Source of the DNA: Gallionella sp.
Lineage (GTDB): Bacteria; Pseudomonadota; Gammaproteobacteria; Burkholderiales; Gallionellaceae
Assembly: GCA_028710525.1 (NCBI GenBank)
Contig: JAQTTY010000009.1
Location: 53-64,052, forward strand
Length of the DNA: 64,000 bases
Reading direction: 5' to 3'
Under the pieces are notes generated by a model. The model was not told the origin of the DNA. It ran no database searches and worked only from the letters and a program-made list of their open reading frames with translations. Positions within the stretch are counted from its first letter, which is position 1. Each line of letters begins with the position of its first letter. Positions 17,741 to 27,062 of this stretch are shown piece after piece. Made by a program: the position numbers and the translations under genes.

Positions 17741-20700
17741 CCGAAGACCAACTCGAACAGGAAGCACTAGGCTGGCTTGCGGCAGTGGGCTACTCGCATT
17801 TGTACGGCCCCGATATTGCAGTTGATGGCGATAGTCCTGAGCGTAGCGATTATCGGCAGGTGGTGCTGGTGGAGCGTTTGCGTTCTGCCGTTGCGCGACT
17901 AAATCCGGCGATCCCTGCGGCGGCGCGTGAGGATGCGATTGGGCAAGTGCTTGATCTAGGTACACCAGTGCTGCTCTCCGCTAATCGGCGTTTCCACCAA
18001 CTGCTGGTGACGGGCGTGCCGGTGCAATATCAGAAAGACGGCGAGACACGCGGCGACTTTGTGCGGCTGATCGATTGGGCTGATTCATCATTCCCTCCCC
18101 CTGGCAGGGGGAGGGCTAGCGAGGGGGTGGGAACGCTATCGTCCAAAGCATCTACCCCCATCCCAACCTTCCCCCTGCAAGGAGGAAGGAGTGAGTTTGA
18201 TGTCAACGGTTCATCTGGCCTAAACGAGTTCCTCGCCATCAACCAGTTCTCCATCAAGGGCGCACACCACACGCGCCGACCGGACATCATCCTGTTCGTG
18301 AATGGCTTGCCGCTGGTGTTGCTGGAACTTAAAAATCCCGCTGATGAAAACGCAGACATCTGGAAAGCCTACGACCAGATTCAAACTTATAAAGAGCAAA
18401 TTTCCGACGTGTTTCTGTACAACCAGATTCTGGTGATATCGGACGGCAGCGAGGCGCGTTTGGGTTCGTTGTCGAGCGATGCCGAGCGCTTTATGCAGTG
18501 GCGTACGATTGATGGTGCGACGCTTGATCCGTTGGGACAATTCAATGAGCTTGAAACGCTGATACATGGCGTGCTCGCGCAAGCTTATCTGCTCGACTAC
18601 CTGCGCTACTTTGTGTTGTTTGAAGATGACGGCACGCTGGTGAAGAAGATTGCGGGCTATCACCAATTCCATGCGGTACGTGCGGCGATCAATCAGGTGG
18701 TGGTGGCTTCGCGCCCCGGTGGCACGCACAAGGGTGGAGTGGTGTGGCACACGCAAGGGAGCGGCAAGAGCATCACCATGACTTGCTTTGCCGCGCGCGT
18801 GATGCAGGACGTGGCGATGCAGAATCCGACTATTGTGGTCATCACCGACCGCAACGATTTGGACGGGCAGTTGTTCGGCGTGTTTTCGCTGGCGCAGGAT
18901 TTGTTGCGCGAACAACCCGTGCAAGCCAATACCCGCCAAGACTTGCGCGCCAAGTTGGGCAACCGTCCTTCCGGTGGCATCGTCTTTGCGACGATACAGA
19001 AGTTCATGCTGGGCGAGGATGAGGACACTTTTCCTATCTTGTCTGAACGCAGCAATATCGTGGTGATCGCCGATGAAGCGCACCGCACGCAATATGGCTT
19101 CGAGGCCAAGCTCAAGTCCATCAAGACACCCCGTGTGGCGGCAAACGATGCACAAATCTTGCAGGTTGCCGAAGCGCCCGCCGAGTATTTGTCACGCTTC
19201 CAAGTGGGCTATGCGCAGCATCTGCGCGATGCTTTGCCCAATGCCACCTTCGTTGCCTTTACCGGCACGCCAGTCTCCAGCGAGGACCGCGACACCCGTG
19301 CGGTGTTTGGCGACTACATCCATATATATGACATGCAGCAGGCCAAGGAAGATGGCGCGACCGTGGCGATCTACTTTGAGTCGCGTCTGGCTAAGTTGTC
19401 GCTTAAGAGCGAAGAGCTACCTTTGCTGGACGATGAAGTGGACGAGCTGGCCGAGGATGAAGAGGAAAGCCAGCAAGCCAAACTTAAGAGCCGCTGGGCT
19501 GCGCTAGAACGAGTGGTCGGTGCGGAGCCGCGTGTTGCCAGTGTGGCTAAAGACTTGGTGGCGCATTTTGAGGAACGCAGCAAGGCGCAGACCGGCAAGG
19601 CGATGGTGGTGGCGATGAGCCGCGAGATTTGCGTGCATCTGTATAACGAGATCATCAAGCTGCGCCCCGATTGGCATGATGCCGATCCTGAAAAGGGCGC
19701 GATCAAGATTGTGATGACCGGCTCGGCCAGCGATAAGGCGTTGCTGCGTCCGCATATCTACAGTGGCCAAGTGAAGAAGCGTTTAGAGAAACGCTTCAAA
19801 GACCCTGCTGATCCGCTGCGGATGGTGATTGTGCGCGATATGTGGCTGACGGGTTTTGATGCGCCTTGCGTGCATACCTTATATGTAGATAAACCGATGA
19901 AGGGCCACAACCTAATGCAGGCCATCGCGCGGGTGAACCGCGTTTTCAAAGATAAACAAGGCGGCTTGGTGGTGGACTACATCGGTATCGCCAATGAATT
20001 GCGCAGTGCCTTGAAGGAATACACCAACAGCAAGGGGCGCGGCCGACCAACGGTGGACGCCCACGAAGCTTATGCCGTGCTCGAAGAAAAGCTCGATGTG
20101 TTGCGCGGCATGCTGTGCGACTTCGACTACAGCGACTTTTTAACGCATGGCCACAGGATGTTGGCCGGTGCGGCCAACCATGTGCTGGGTTTGAAAGACG
20201 GCAAGAAACGTTTTGGCGATACCGCGCTGGCGATGAGCAAAGCCTTTACCTTGTGCTGCACCTTGGATGAAGCCAAGGCGGTGCGTGAAGAGGTGGCCTT
20301 CTTCCAGGCAGTTAAAGTCATCCTGACCAAACGCGACATCAGCCAGCAGAAACGTACCGACGAAGCGCGTGAACTGGCGATCCGGCAGATCATAGGCTCG
20401 GCGGTGGTGTCCGAAGAAGTCGTGGATATCTTCAATGCGGTGGGCTTGGATAAGCCCAACATCGGCATTCTGGATGATGCTTTCCTCGCTGAGGTGCGCA
20501 ATCTGCCAGAACGCAATCTGGCGGTGGAGTTGCTGGAGCGTCTATTAGAAGGCGAAATCAAAACCCGCTTCGCAGGCAACATCGTGCAAGACAAGAAATT
20601 CTCTGAGTTGCTGTCCGATGTCATCAAGCGCTACCAGAACCGTGCTATCGAGACGGCGCAAGTCATCGAAGAATTAATCGAGATGGCTAAGAAATTCAGG

Positions 20701-21015
20701 GCGGCGGCGGAGCGGGGCGATGAACTAGGCCTGACTGAAGATGAGATTCGCTTCTACGATGCGCTGGCGGACAATGAATCGGCAGTACGCGAACTGAGCG
20801 ATGAGATCCTGAAGAAGATTGCCCATGAGCTGACTGAAAACCTACGCCAGAACCTAAGTGTGGACTGGTCGCAACGCGAAAGTGTGCGGGCCAAGCTGAG
20901 ATTGATGGTGAAACGCATTCTGCGTAAATATAAGTATCCGCCTGACATGCAAGATGCGGCGGTTGAGCTGGTCTTGCAACAGGCACAGGCACTAGGGGAG
21001 GCGTGGGGACGGTAG
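17737..21015 (+). CDS. hsdR: Type I restriction endonuclease subunit HsdR
   Basis: 1092 aa. Nuclease-domain segment [20 protein letters not shown], Walker A TQGSGKS and the DEAH box ([10 protein letters not shown]). REP-like in-frame insertion at about 18086-18225. Confidence 0.9.
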   Translation: MTEDQLEQEALGWLAAVGYSHLYGPDIAVDGDSPERSDYRQVVLVERLRSAVARLNPAIPAAAREDAIGQVLDLGTPVLLSANRRFHQLLVTGVPVQYQKDGETRGDFVRLIDWADSSFPPPGRGRASEGVGTLSSKASTPIPTFPLQGGRSEFDVNGSSGLNEFLAINQFSIKGAHHTRRPDIILFVNGLPLVLLELKNPADENADIWKAYDQIQTYKEQISDVFLYNQILVISDGSEARLGSLSSDAERFMQWRTIDGATLDPLGQFNELETLIHGVLAQAYLLDYLRYFVLFEDDGTLVKKIAGYHQFHAVRAAINQVVVASRPGGTHKGGVVWHTQGSGKSITMTCFAARVMQDVAMQNPTIVVITDRNDLDGQLFGVFSLAQDLLREQPVQANTRQDLRAKLGNRPSGGIVFATIQKFMLGEDEDTFPILSERSNIVVIADEAHRTQYGFEAKLKSIKTPRVAANDAQILQVAEAPAEYLSRFQVGYAQHLRDALPNATFVAFTGTPVSSEDRDTRAVFGDYIHIYDMQQAKEDGATVAIYFESRLAKLSLKSEELPLLDDEVDELAEDEEESQQAKLKSRWAALERVVGAEPRVASVAKDLVAHFEERSKAQTGKAMVVAMSREICVHLYNEIIKLRPDWHDADPEKGAIKIVMTGSASDKALLRPHIYSGQVKKRLEKRFKDPADPLRMVIVRDMWLTGFDAPCVHTLYVDKPMKGHNLMQAIARVNRVFKDKQGGLVVDYIGIANELRSALKEYTNSKGRGRPTVDAHEAYAVLEEKLDVLRGMLCDFDYSDFLTHGHRMLAGAANHVLGLKDGKKRFGDTALAMSKAFTLCCTLDEAKAVREEVAFFQAVKVILTKRDISQQKRTDEARELAIRQIIGSAVVSEEVVDIFNAVGLDKPNIGILDDAFLAEVRNLPERNLAVELLERLLEGEIKTRFAGNIVQDKKFSELLSDVIKRYQNRAIETAQVIEELIEMAKKFRAAAERGDELGLTEDEIRFYDALADNESAVRELSDEILKKIAHELTENLRQNLSVDWSQRESVRAKLRLMVKRILRKYKYPPDMQDAAVELVLQQAQALGEAWGR

Positions 21016-21232
21016 GTAACCTATATCGATTCTGCTTAAAACTGTCCTATTTCCCTAAATAGATGCAAATTGGATTTGTCCTGAATCCAAGTTAGATACA
21101 TCTGTTTTCGATGTTACTTTCACCGCAATTTCTTTGTGGTTTGATTGGCAATCAATCAGAAATCCATAGTTGGTCCACAACAAATTAATCGCTACTTAAG
21201 TGTTAGTTGACTAGAAATCTGTCTAAACTCCT

Positions 21233-21541
21233 TCAATAATCAACTGCTGATTCGTCCCAATCCTCTCGCTGGTCCAAATCAATTTCAATGTGATTGGGCT
21301 GCGAATCAATCCTAGCTCCCTTGTGATTCCAAGGTAAGTCGACTGCAGATCCCATGTGATTCCAAGGTAAGTCGACTGCAGATCCCATGTTGATCCAAGG
21401 TAGATCGACTGCAGATCCCATGTAATTCCAAGGTAGATCGACTGAATTTCCTTTGATATTCGATTTCAGCTCATTCCCAAAACGAACATTAATTCGACTG
21501 TATTCCATCGGCTTTTTGCAGCAATTGTGTAGCACTCTCAA
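21233..21541 (-). CDS. Questionable ORF encoding 11-residue repeats (GSAVDLPWNHM)
   Basis: 102-aa ORF whose core is the 33-bp tandem repeat. No SD or motif support. Confidence 0.25.
   Translation of the reverse strand: MRVLHNCCKKPMEYSRINVRFGNELKSNIKGNSVDLPWNYMGSAVDLPWINMGSAVDLPWNHMGSAVDLPWNHKGARIDSQPNHIEIDLDQREDWDESAVDY
21323..21447. repeat. 33-bp tandem repeat, about 3.7 copies (gtgattccaaggtaagtcgactgcagatcccat)
   Basis: Copies at 21323-21355 and 21356-21388 are identical, 21389-21421 is a variant, and a partial copy starts at 21422. Confidence 0.85.
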
Positions 21542-21553
21542 TACGAAATGCTA

Positions 21554-21797
21554 GGACAGGATGCCGGATATGGCCCTCACGGTGGAATCCGGATTTTGAC
21601 CCGCTAGATTGCTTCGCTCTCGGCGCAAATCACTCAGGGCTTCGCCCCGAGACCCGTAAGTGATGAAATCGATGGAATTCATTAACTAATAGATTAGGTG
21701 TCGGGGCGGTAGCCCTGACCCGATTGAGAAGAGCGCGTAGCGTTCAAGCAAACGGAAATCTGGATAGTGCATCTGCACTACATCCGGCATCCTGTCC
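21554..21797. repeat. 244-bp imperfect palindrome (MITE-like element or long RNA hairpin)
   Basis: The terminal 16-bp perfect inverted repeat is GGACAGGATGCCGGAT / ATCCGGCATCCTGTCC. Inner matching blocks are ATCCGGATTT/AAATCTGGAT and TCAGGGCTTCGCCCCGAGACC/GGTGTCGGGGCGGTAGCCCTGA. Confidence 0.6.
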
Positions 21798-22005
21798 GCT
21801 ACTATTGTTCGCACTTGCAATGGATTTACAATTGATTCAGGAAGCTCCCAAATTGGATTCAGGACTTAGTTGGGATGCACTCAGGACATGTCTGAAGAGA
21901 GCGCATACCAATTTGATGGAAGTGAATTTCATTTACTTGATACACATAGGTGTTTAAGTCTTTCCCTACTCACCAAGTACTAGAACAAGTTGCTAAAATA
22001 AGAGC

Positions 22006-22662
22006 ATGTGCAGCCACTACGAAACAGTGAATGACCTCCAGTCCCTAAAGTCACACTTCACAGTGGCGGAGGTGCCTGAAATCGGCAGGCTCGACCTTTG
22101 GCCTGGATACTTGGGACCCTTTATAAAGAACCAAGAGAGTTCATCAGAAGGAGCTCGCCACGCTCTACTCGGCTCGTTTGGCCTAGTACCCCATTGGGCG
22201 TCTGACACCAAGATTGCTCGCAATACCTACAACGCGCGCTCAGAGACTGTTGCCGATAAACCTAGCTATAGAGATGCATGGCGTTTAGGGAGAAGGTGCA
22301 TCATCCCAGCAGGTGCGGTATATGAGCCTGACTGGCGATCGGGAAAAGCTGTCGCTGCTCGTATTTCGCGTGTGGATGGCAAACCGATGGGAATAGCTGG
22401 CTTATGGTCGGTGTGGAAAGATGCAAAGGGCGATATCCTGCACAGCTACACAATGCTGACCATCAATGCGGACGATCATCCACTAATGAATCAATTCCAT
22501 AAGCCGGCAGATGAAAAGCGCATGGTTGTGATTCTCCCTGAGAATGAGTATGGTAATTGGTTGTGCTCTGATACAAACGGGGGGCGTGCATTCTTGCAAG
22601 CGTACCCAGCTGAGCTCCTAACGAGTGAATCCAAGTTAGCGAATGGAAATAAGGTGGCATGA
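22006..22662 (+). CDS. SOS-response-associated peptidase (SRAP/YedK family, abasic-site DNA-protein crosslinking)
   Basis: Starts with MC (catalytic Cys2). 218 aa. Family-typical NARSET and P-M-AGLW segments. Confidence 0.75.
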   Translation: MCSHYETVNDLQSLKSHFTVAEVPEIGRLDLWPGYLGPFIKNQESSSEGARHALLGSFGLVPHWASDTKIARNTYNARSETVADKPSYRDAWRLGRRCIIPAGAVYEPDWRSGKAVAARISRVDGKPMGIAGLWSVWKDAKGDILHSYTMLTINADDHPLMNQFHKPADEKRMVVILPENEYGNWLCSDTNGGRAFLQAYPAELLTSESKLANGNKVA

Positions 22663-22763
22663 CGACGAACCGATTGCCTCAATGAGCAGTATCAGCAAAG
22701 TCATCTACCAAAAATATTTTTATGTAACGATTGAACTGATTTGTTTTGAACCACTCTCAACCT

Positions 22764-22868
22764 GCAGTTAGCGAAAGCTTGCTGCACGAATCTCCTCCCT
22801 GAAACGTGTGTCTCGACACCCTGTTGAGATGTTCCGCCCCTGGTGCGATTGCACAGGGGCATTTTTTT
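22764..22868 (+). ncRNA. Structured sRNA with a CUCCUCCC loop (copy B)
   Basis: GAAA-tetraloop hairpin 22764-22785. Stem CACG/CGTG encloses the loop AAUCUCCUCCCUGAAA (22791-22800 core). Hairpin TCTCGAC-ACCCT-GTTGAGA at 22811-22829. Terminator stem 22836-22860 followed by T7 (22862-22868). Confidence 0.6.
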
Positions 22869-23051
22869 GCCTGCACAAAGTAGGCTCAAGATTTGCACTG
22901 CACCAGCATCTAGTTTAGTTCAAATGCATTCATATGGATTTCCACACATTGGCGCACGGGATATGTGGGTAAGTCCATATACTCGCCTATAAATTCTGCT
23001 AGAACGGTTTACAACAATCCTTGAATCTATCGCATACCAAGTTGGCGTCAT

Positions 23052-23120
23052 ATGCATAATTATGCATTTATATTGATTGACAGTGTATATGTATGCATAT
23101 AGCATTTGTTTTATGCATAT
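23052..23120 (+). promoter_or_regulatory. Putative sigma70 promoter with ATGCAT-type operator repeats upstream of the AAA+/S8 pair
   Basis: Perfect 16-bp palindrome ATGCATAATTATGCAT (23052-23067). TTGACA (23077-23082), N17, then TAGCAT (23100-23105). Further TATGCATAT copies at 23092-23100 and 23112-23120. Confidence 0.45.
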
Positions 23121-23141
23121 TTCTATCAAATAATATTATAA

Positions 23142-24329
23142 ATGGATCACTTCTCTATCATCTTGGGGCTTTGTCGTTCCGCTTTGCAAACATCCAATCC
23201 GGCTGTGGTAGGTCATGTCCAGCGCCTTGTACGGGCACTTGAAAAGGATAATGTTCCTCAACAGGTTAGTGCGTTAAAAAAGCTAATGGCGTCAGAGGAA
23301 GCGTTGGCCGAGATTACCCCAAGTCGCGTTGTTTTATCTCGTAGGTCATTGTCTGGAGAAATACTTACGCCAAGCGTTACGTCACCAGTCGACAAAGAAA
23401 CTGGGGCGCCATTAGCTGAAATTGTGCATGCCCGAAAAGGGGATGCTCTACAGCCACTATTCATTCCCGCACTTGCAACTGGAATAAATACTCTACTTGA
23501 AGAGTGGTCTCACGTTGACGAGTTACGAGCAGCCGGTGTGCGTCCAGCATTAGCCACTATGCTCTTTGGTGCACCTGGTACAGGCAAAACAATGCTTGCA
23601 CACTATATTGCCGCACAACTGGAGCTGCCGCTAATAGTGGCCCGATTAGATGGGCTTATATCATCGTTTCTTGGTACAACGGCTCGTAACATTTCCAATC
23701 TATTTTCGTTTGCAAACCGATACAAGTGTGTACTCTTACTTGATGAGTTTGATGCGGTTGCAAAGTTGCGTGACGACCCACACGAATTGGGTGAAATAAA
23801 ACGTGTAGTAAATACTCTTCTGCAATGTATTGATAGTCGCTCAGAGCTCGGATTTACCATAGCAATCACGAATCATGAATCTCTCCTTGATCCTGCAGTC
23901 TGGCGACGTTTTGATGTTCGAATTGAGGTACCGAAGCCGAACGCACTAACCCGCGTTGAGATTTTGCGTCGTCAGTTTGATGCGTCCATGTTGGATGAGA
24001 CATACCTTAGATTTTTGGCGTGGATTACTGATGGCTATAGCGGTTCGGATGTGGAAAAACTGGCGGATTTTTTGAAGAGGCAAAAGGCTATTCAAAAAGC
24101 AAACTTTGATTTCTTCACTGGGGTGAGAAGCTATGTACAGATGAGCGCCTATGAAGGAGGATCGCATAATCGATCGTTGGTAGCAGCAGACCAAGAAATT
24201 CTTGCGCGTACCTTAGTTAGTGATGAATCTATACCATTTAGCCAGGAACAATTGGCAACACTGTTTGGGTGTACTCAGCCGACTATTAGTCGTTGGCTAA
24301 AGAATAAAACAATTAGTGGAGTTAAATGA
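23142..24329 (+). CDS. AAA+ ATPase with a C-terminal HTH (IetA-like)
   Basis: Walker A GAPGTGKT, Walker B VLLLDEFD, arginine-finger region. C-terminal LATLFGCTQPTISRWLKNK HTH. Stop overlaps the next start (ATGA). Confidence 0.7.
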   Translation: MDHFSIILGLCRSALQTSNPAVVGHVQRLVRALEKDNVPQQVSALKKLMASEEALAEITPSRVVLSRRSLSGEILTPSVTSPVDKETGAPLAEIVHARKGDALQPLFIPALATGINTLLEEWSHVDELRAAGVRPALATMLFGAPGTGKTMLAHYIAAQLELPLIVARLDGLISSFLGTTARNISNLFSFANRYKCVLLLDEFDAVAKLRDDPHELGEIKRVVNTLLQCIDSRSELGFTIAITNHESLLDPAVWRRFDVRIEVPKPNALTRVEILRRQFDASMLDETYLRFLAWITDGYSGSDVEKLADFLKRQKAIQKANFDFFTGVRSYVQMSAYEGGSHNRSLVAADQEILARTLVSDESIPFSQEQLATLFGCTQPTISRWLKNKTISGVK

Positions 24330-26746
24330 TGGCAAATAACCCAATACAAATCGTGTTGAATGCTCAGAATTATGTTCAGCGTTCTGATATAAATCCAGGC
24401 GGAGCCAATAAAGATTTTTATGCTGGGAGAAATGAGGATTTTGTTAGGCATCGTGAATCTATAACGACTCAACTTAATGAACTTCAGCAGGTATTTGGGG
24501 GGGCACAACTGGATGAGGTTTTCTATGCTCGAGTAGACTTGCAATCGGAAGCTTGGGCCAAAAGCCACAGGCCCATTCAAAAGGTATTCTCAACGCGAAA
24601 TCAGTTGTATATAGGTGCTGCTGAGCTTGGATCAATGGTTGTCGAACTAACTCCAGCAGATATTCCTAGAATTGTTTCAGTAGTAGCTTCTGCTGAAACT
24701 GTGGTTGCTCAGGTTGAAAAGAACGGTAAGCTTATCGCAAAACCTTCGCGTATTCGCAGTGAAGTTGGTGCCATCAAATCAGTTCGTAGATATGCTGCCG
24801 CTGATCGACGTAACTTTTCTGCAGAGCAGGCTGCTCTCTGGTTGGCCGATCCTAGGACCGGTGGTGCTTATTACGTGGAGACCTTCCTTTCTTGGAAGAC
24901 GGTTGAAGGCAGGGGCTCAGAGGGTTTTAAAGCACGCGGAGCACGTGTACTTTCTAAATTCGAAACCGGACTGAATGGACTGAATCTGCCGATTGAGGTA
25001 TCACGCGCATCAGATCAGTGGATAAATGCTTCCATTTACATTATCAAAGTAAACGCGAAAATTTTAGATAATCCAACTGATGCAGTTAGCATTCATGCAG
25101 CTTTACTTGAATTTCTTGATAATCAGGCTGCAGTTAAGACGATTCTTCTGCCGCCTATTTTACAGGCGGCACAGATTGGAGACGGGGGAGAAGGTTCGCC
25201 AATAATTCCGCCACCTACTAATGACCGTACTTATCCGATAGTTGGAATAATCGATACAGGTGTTAGTAAATATCCTGCACTTAATGCATGGAGCGCAGGA
25301 TCAATAGATTTTTTGGATGTCGAAACGCAAGATGTTTCGCACGGCACATTTATCGCGGGATTAGTTGCGGCGGCGGATGTGCTAAATGCGAATCCGATAT
25401 TTTCAGAAACAAAATGCCGTTATTTTGATTTAGGCTTGCACCCAACGGCTGAAGGGGTATATGGCGATTATTACCCTAATGGCTTTCTAGACTTCCTTGA
25501 GCAATTGGATGCCGAGCTACCCGCTGCAAAGGATATGGGCGTAAGGGTATTTAATATGAGTCTTTCCGTCACAACGCCTGTTGCGGATGATGGATATAGC
25601 TTATTCGCCAACCTACTTGATGAAATATCTGACAAGCATGATGTTTTGTTTATCCTGCCATCAGGAAATCTAGACAGTGGCCTTGCTCGTGATGAGTGGC
25701 CACTAAATCCGAATGATGCAATGGCTATGCTTGCAGCATACCCATTTGCAGGACAAGATCGTATTTTTCAACCGGCCGACAGCATCCGCTCTATCGTAGT
25801 TGGGGCGTTGGATCCGCAAACTACTGCGGGTGGATTTTTGCCATCAAGGTACACCCGTCGTGGTCCTGGGCCATCGCTTGGTGCCAAGCCTGATGTAGCG
25901 CATGTCGGCGGGAAACTCGATACCAACAGTGGGTTATATTCAGTTTTGCCAACTGGCGAGGCGATTCAAAGCTGTGGAACAAGCTATTCTTCCCCCCTTG
26001 TTGCCAAAACTGTCGCGGCACTAGACCACGCCATTGAGGGTGACATTTCGCGCGAAGCTCTCACCGCACTGGTAATTCATCATGCTGATACGCCATCTAG
26101 TCTCGATAAGCCAGTTTTACGTCCAATTTCTCACCACTTCGTAGGTGCAGGGATTCCTCGTCATGCAGCTGAAACACTACTCGTTGAGGATTATGAGATA
26201 ACACTAGTATTCAATGGAACTTTGGTGAACGGGCATGAACTCCGTTTCAACTTTGCATGGCCAACTAGCCTTGTAGGTACAAATGGTGGATGCTCAGGTG
26301 ATGTCAAACTGACTTTGGTATATCGCCCTCCAACCGATCGCAAGTTTGGTGGTGAATTTGTGCGAATTAATCTCGATGCATACCTTCGTCAGGAAGAGGT
26401 TAATTCAGACACCGGTGAGATTAGTTTTAAGGGGCGTCTAAAAGGTGATGGAACAAAGCAGCTTGAAAAGGAATTAGTAAAGCACGGGGCGAAGTGGTGG
26501 CCAGTAAAAAGATTAAAAGGGAAATTTAAATCAATCGGTAAATCATCTCAGTGGAGGCTTGTAATCGATCCGCTTGCGCGAAGCGAGTTTGTAATGCCAG
26601 AGAGCGGAATACCGTTTTCAGCAATCCTGACAATTTCCGACCCAGAGGAAGCTGCTCCAATTTTCAATCAAATGCGATTGCAGCTCCAAAATGCGGGGGC
26701 TAATGTCTCAGATATTCGGTCCGCTCTCCGTACCCGCATACGTTAA
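24326..26746 (+). CDS. S8 subtilisin-like serine peptidase with large unknown N- and C-terminal regions (IetS-like)
   Basis: Catalytic triad motifs GIIDTGV (Asp), HGTFIAGLVAA (His) and GTSYSSPLVA (Ser). 806 aa with no signal peptide, so predicted cytoplasmic. Confidence 0.75.
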   Translation: MMANNPIQIVLNAQNYVQRSDINPGGANKDFYAGRNEDFVRHRESITTQLNELQQVFGGAQLDEVFYARVDLQSEAWAKSHRPIQKVFSTRNQLYIGAAELGSMVVELTPADIPRIVSVVASAETVVAQVEKNGKLIAKPSRIRSEVGAIKSVRRYAAADRRNFSAEQAALWLADPRTGGAYYVETFLSWKTVEGRGSEGFKARGARVLSKFETGLNGLNLPIEVSRASDQWINASIYIIKVNAKILDNPTDAVSIHAALLEFLDNQAAVKTILLPPILQAAQIGDGGEGSPIIPPPTNDRTYPIVGIIDTGVSKYPALNAWSAGSIDFLDVETQDVSHGTFIAGLVAAADVLNANPIFSETKCRYFDLGLHPTAEGVYGDYYPNGFLDFLEQLDAELPAAKDMGVRVFNMSLSVTTPVADDGYSLFANLLDEISDKHDVLFILPSGNLDSGLARDEWPLNPNDAMAMLAAYPFAGQDRIFQPADSIRSIVVGALDPQTTAGGFLPSRYTRRGPGPSLGAKPDVAHVGGKLDTNSGLYSVLPTGEAIQSCGTSYSSPLVAKTVAALDHAIEGDISREALTALVIHHADTPSSLDKPVLRPISHHFVGAGIPRHAAETLLVEDYEITLVFNGTLVNGHELRFNFAWPTSLVGTNGGCSGDVKLTLVYRPPTDRKFGGEFVRINLDAYLRQEEVNSDTGEISFKGRLKGDGTKQLEKELVKHGAKWWPVKRLKGKFKSIGKSSQWRLVIDPLARSEFVMPESGIPFSAILTISDPEEAAPIFNQMRLQLQNAGANVSDIRSALRTRIR

Positions 26747-27036
26747 TCCAAGGAAAATATTTTTTAAGCACGACTAATCCTCAGAATTACCTAGGGGGAA
26801 AGTATTTCCCCCTAAATCAGTATGAGCCGAATCATGCATGGGCTTCTTACTGGCTCAATCAGAGGAGCCAAGGAAGAATTAACGTTAGGGCATGTCCACT
26901 TTCTCTAGGGACGAAAAAGATGTTTGCTTGGCAATATGCGAAGTCTGGAATTTTGACAAATCACAGCTAAATGGCTGTACAGGTAGGCTAGCCCAAGTGC
27001 TCCGCAGGATGGTGGGTAGCATGGTGGGATGAAATG

Positions 27037-27062
27037 AAAAACGCCACGTAAGTGGCGTTTTT
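27037..27062 (-). terminator. Rho-independent terminator directly after tRNA-Ser (bidirectional shape)
   Basis: AAAAACGCCAC-GTAA-GTGGCGTTTTT. Confidence 0.75.

Noticed and set aside
18220-19155. 311-aa ORF on the minus strand inside hsdR (with several other ORFs of 90-170 aa in 18.0-21.0 kb)
   Set aside because: It is antisense to a gene with unambiguous HsdR motifs. The composition is Arg/His/Leu-rich, as expected of shadow frames in high-GC DNA, and it has no motifs.
21323-21447. Possible CRISPR array
   Set aside because: The 33-bp units are directly adjacent with no spacers, and no cas genes are present. It is a tandem minisatellite.
21554-21797. Retron msr/msd-like ncRNA
   Set aside because: Long inverted repeats are present, but there is no reverse transcriptase gene anywhere in the window.
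22701-22898. 65-aa minus-strand ORF
   Set aside because: It lies exactly antisense to the terminator-containing structured RNA (copy B). The conservation pattern between the copies is structural (compensatory), not codon-like.
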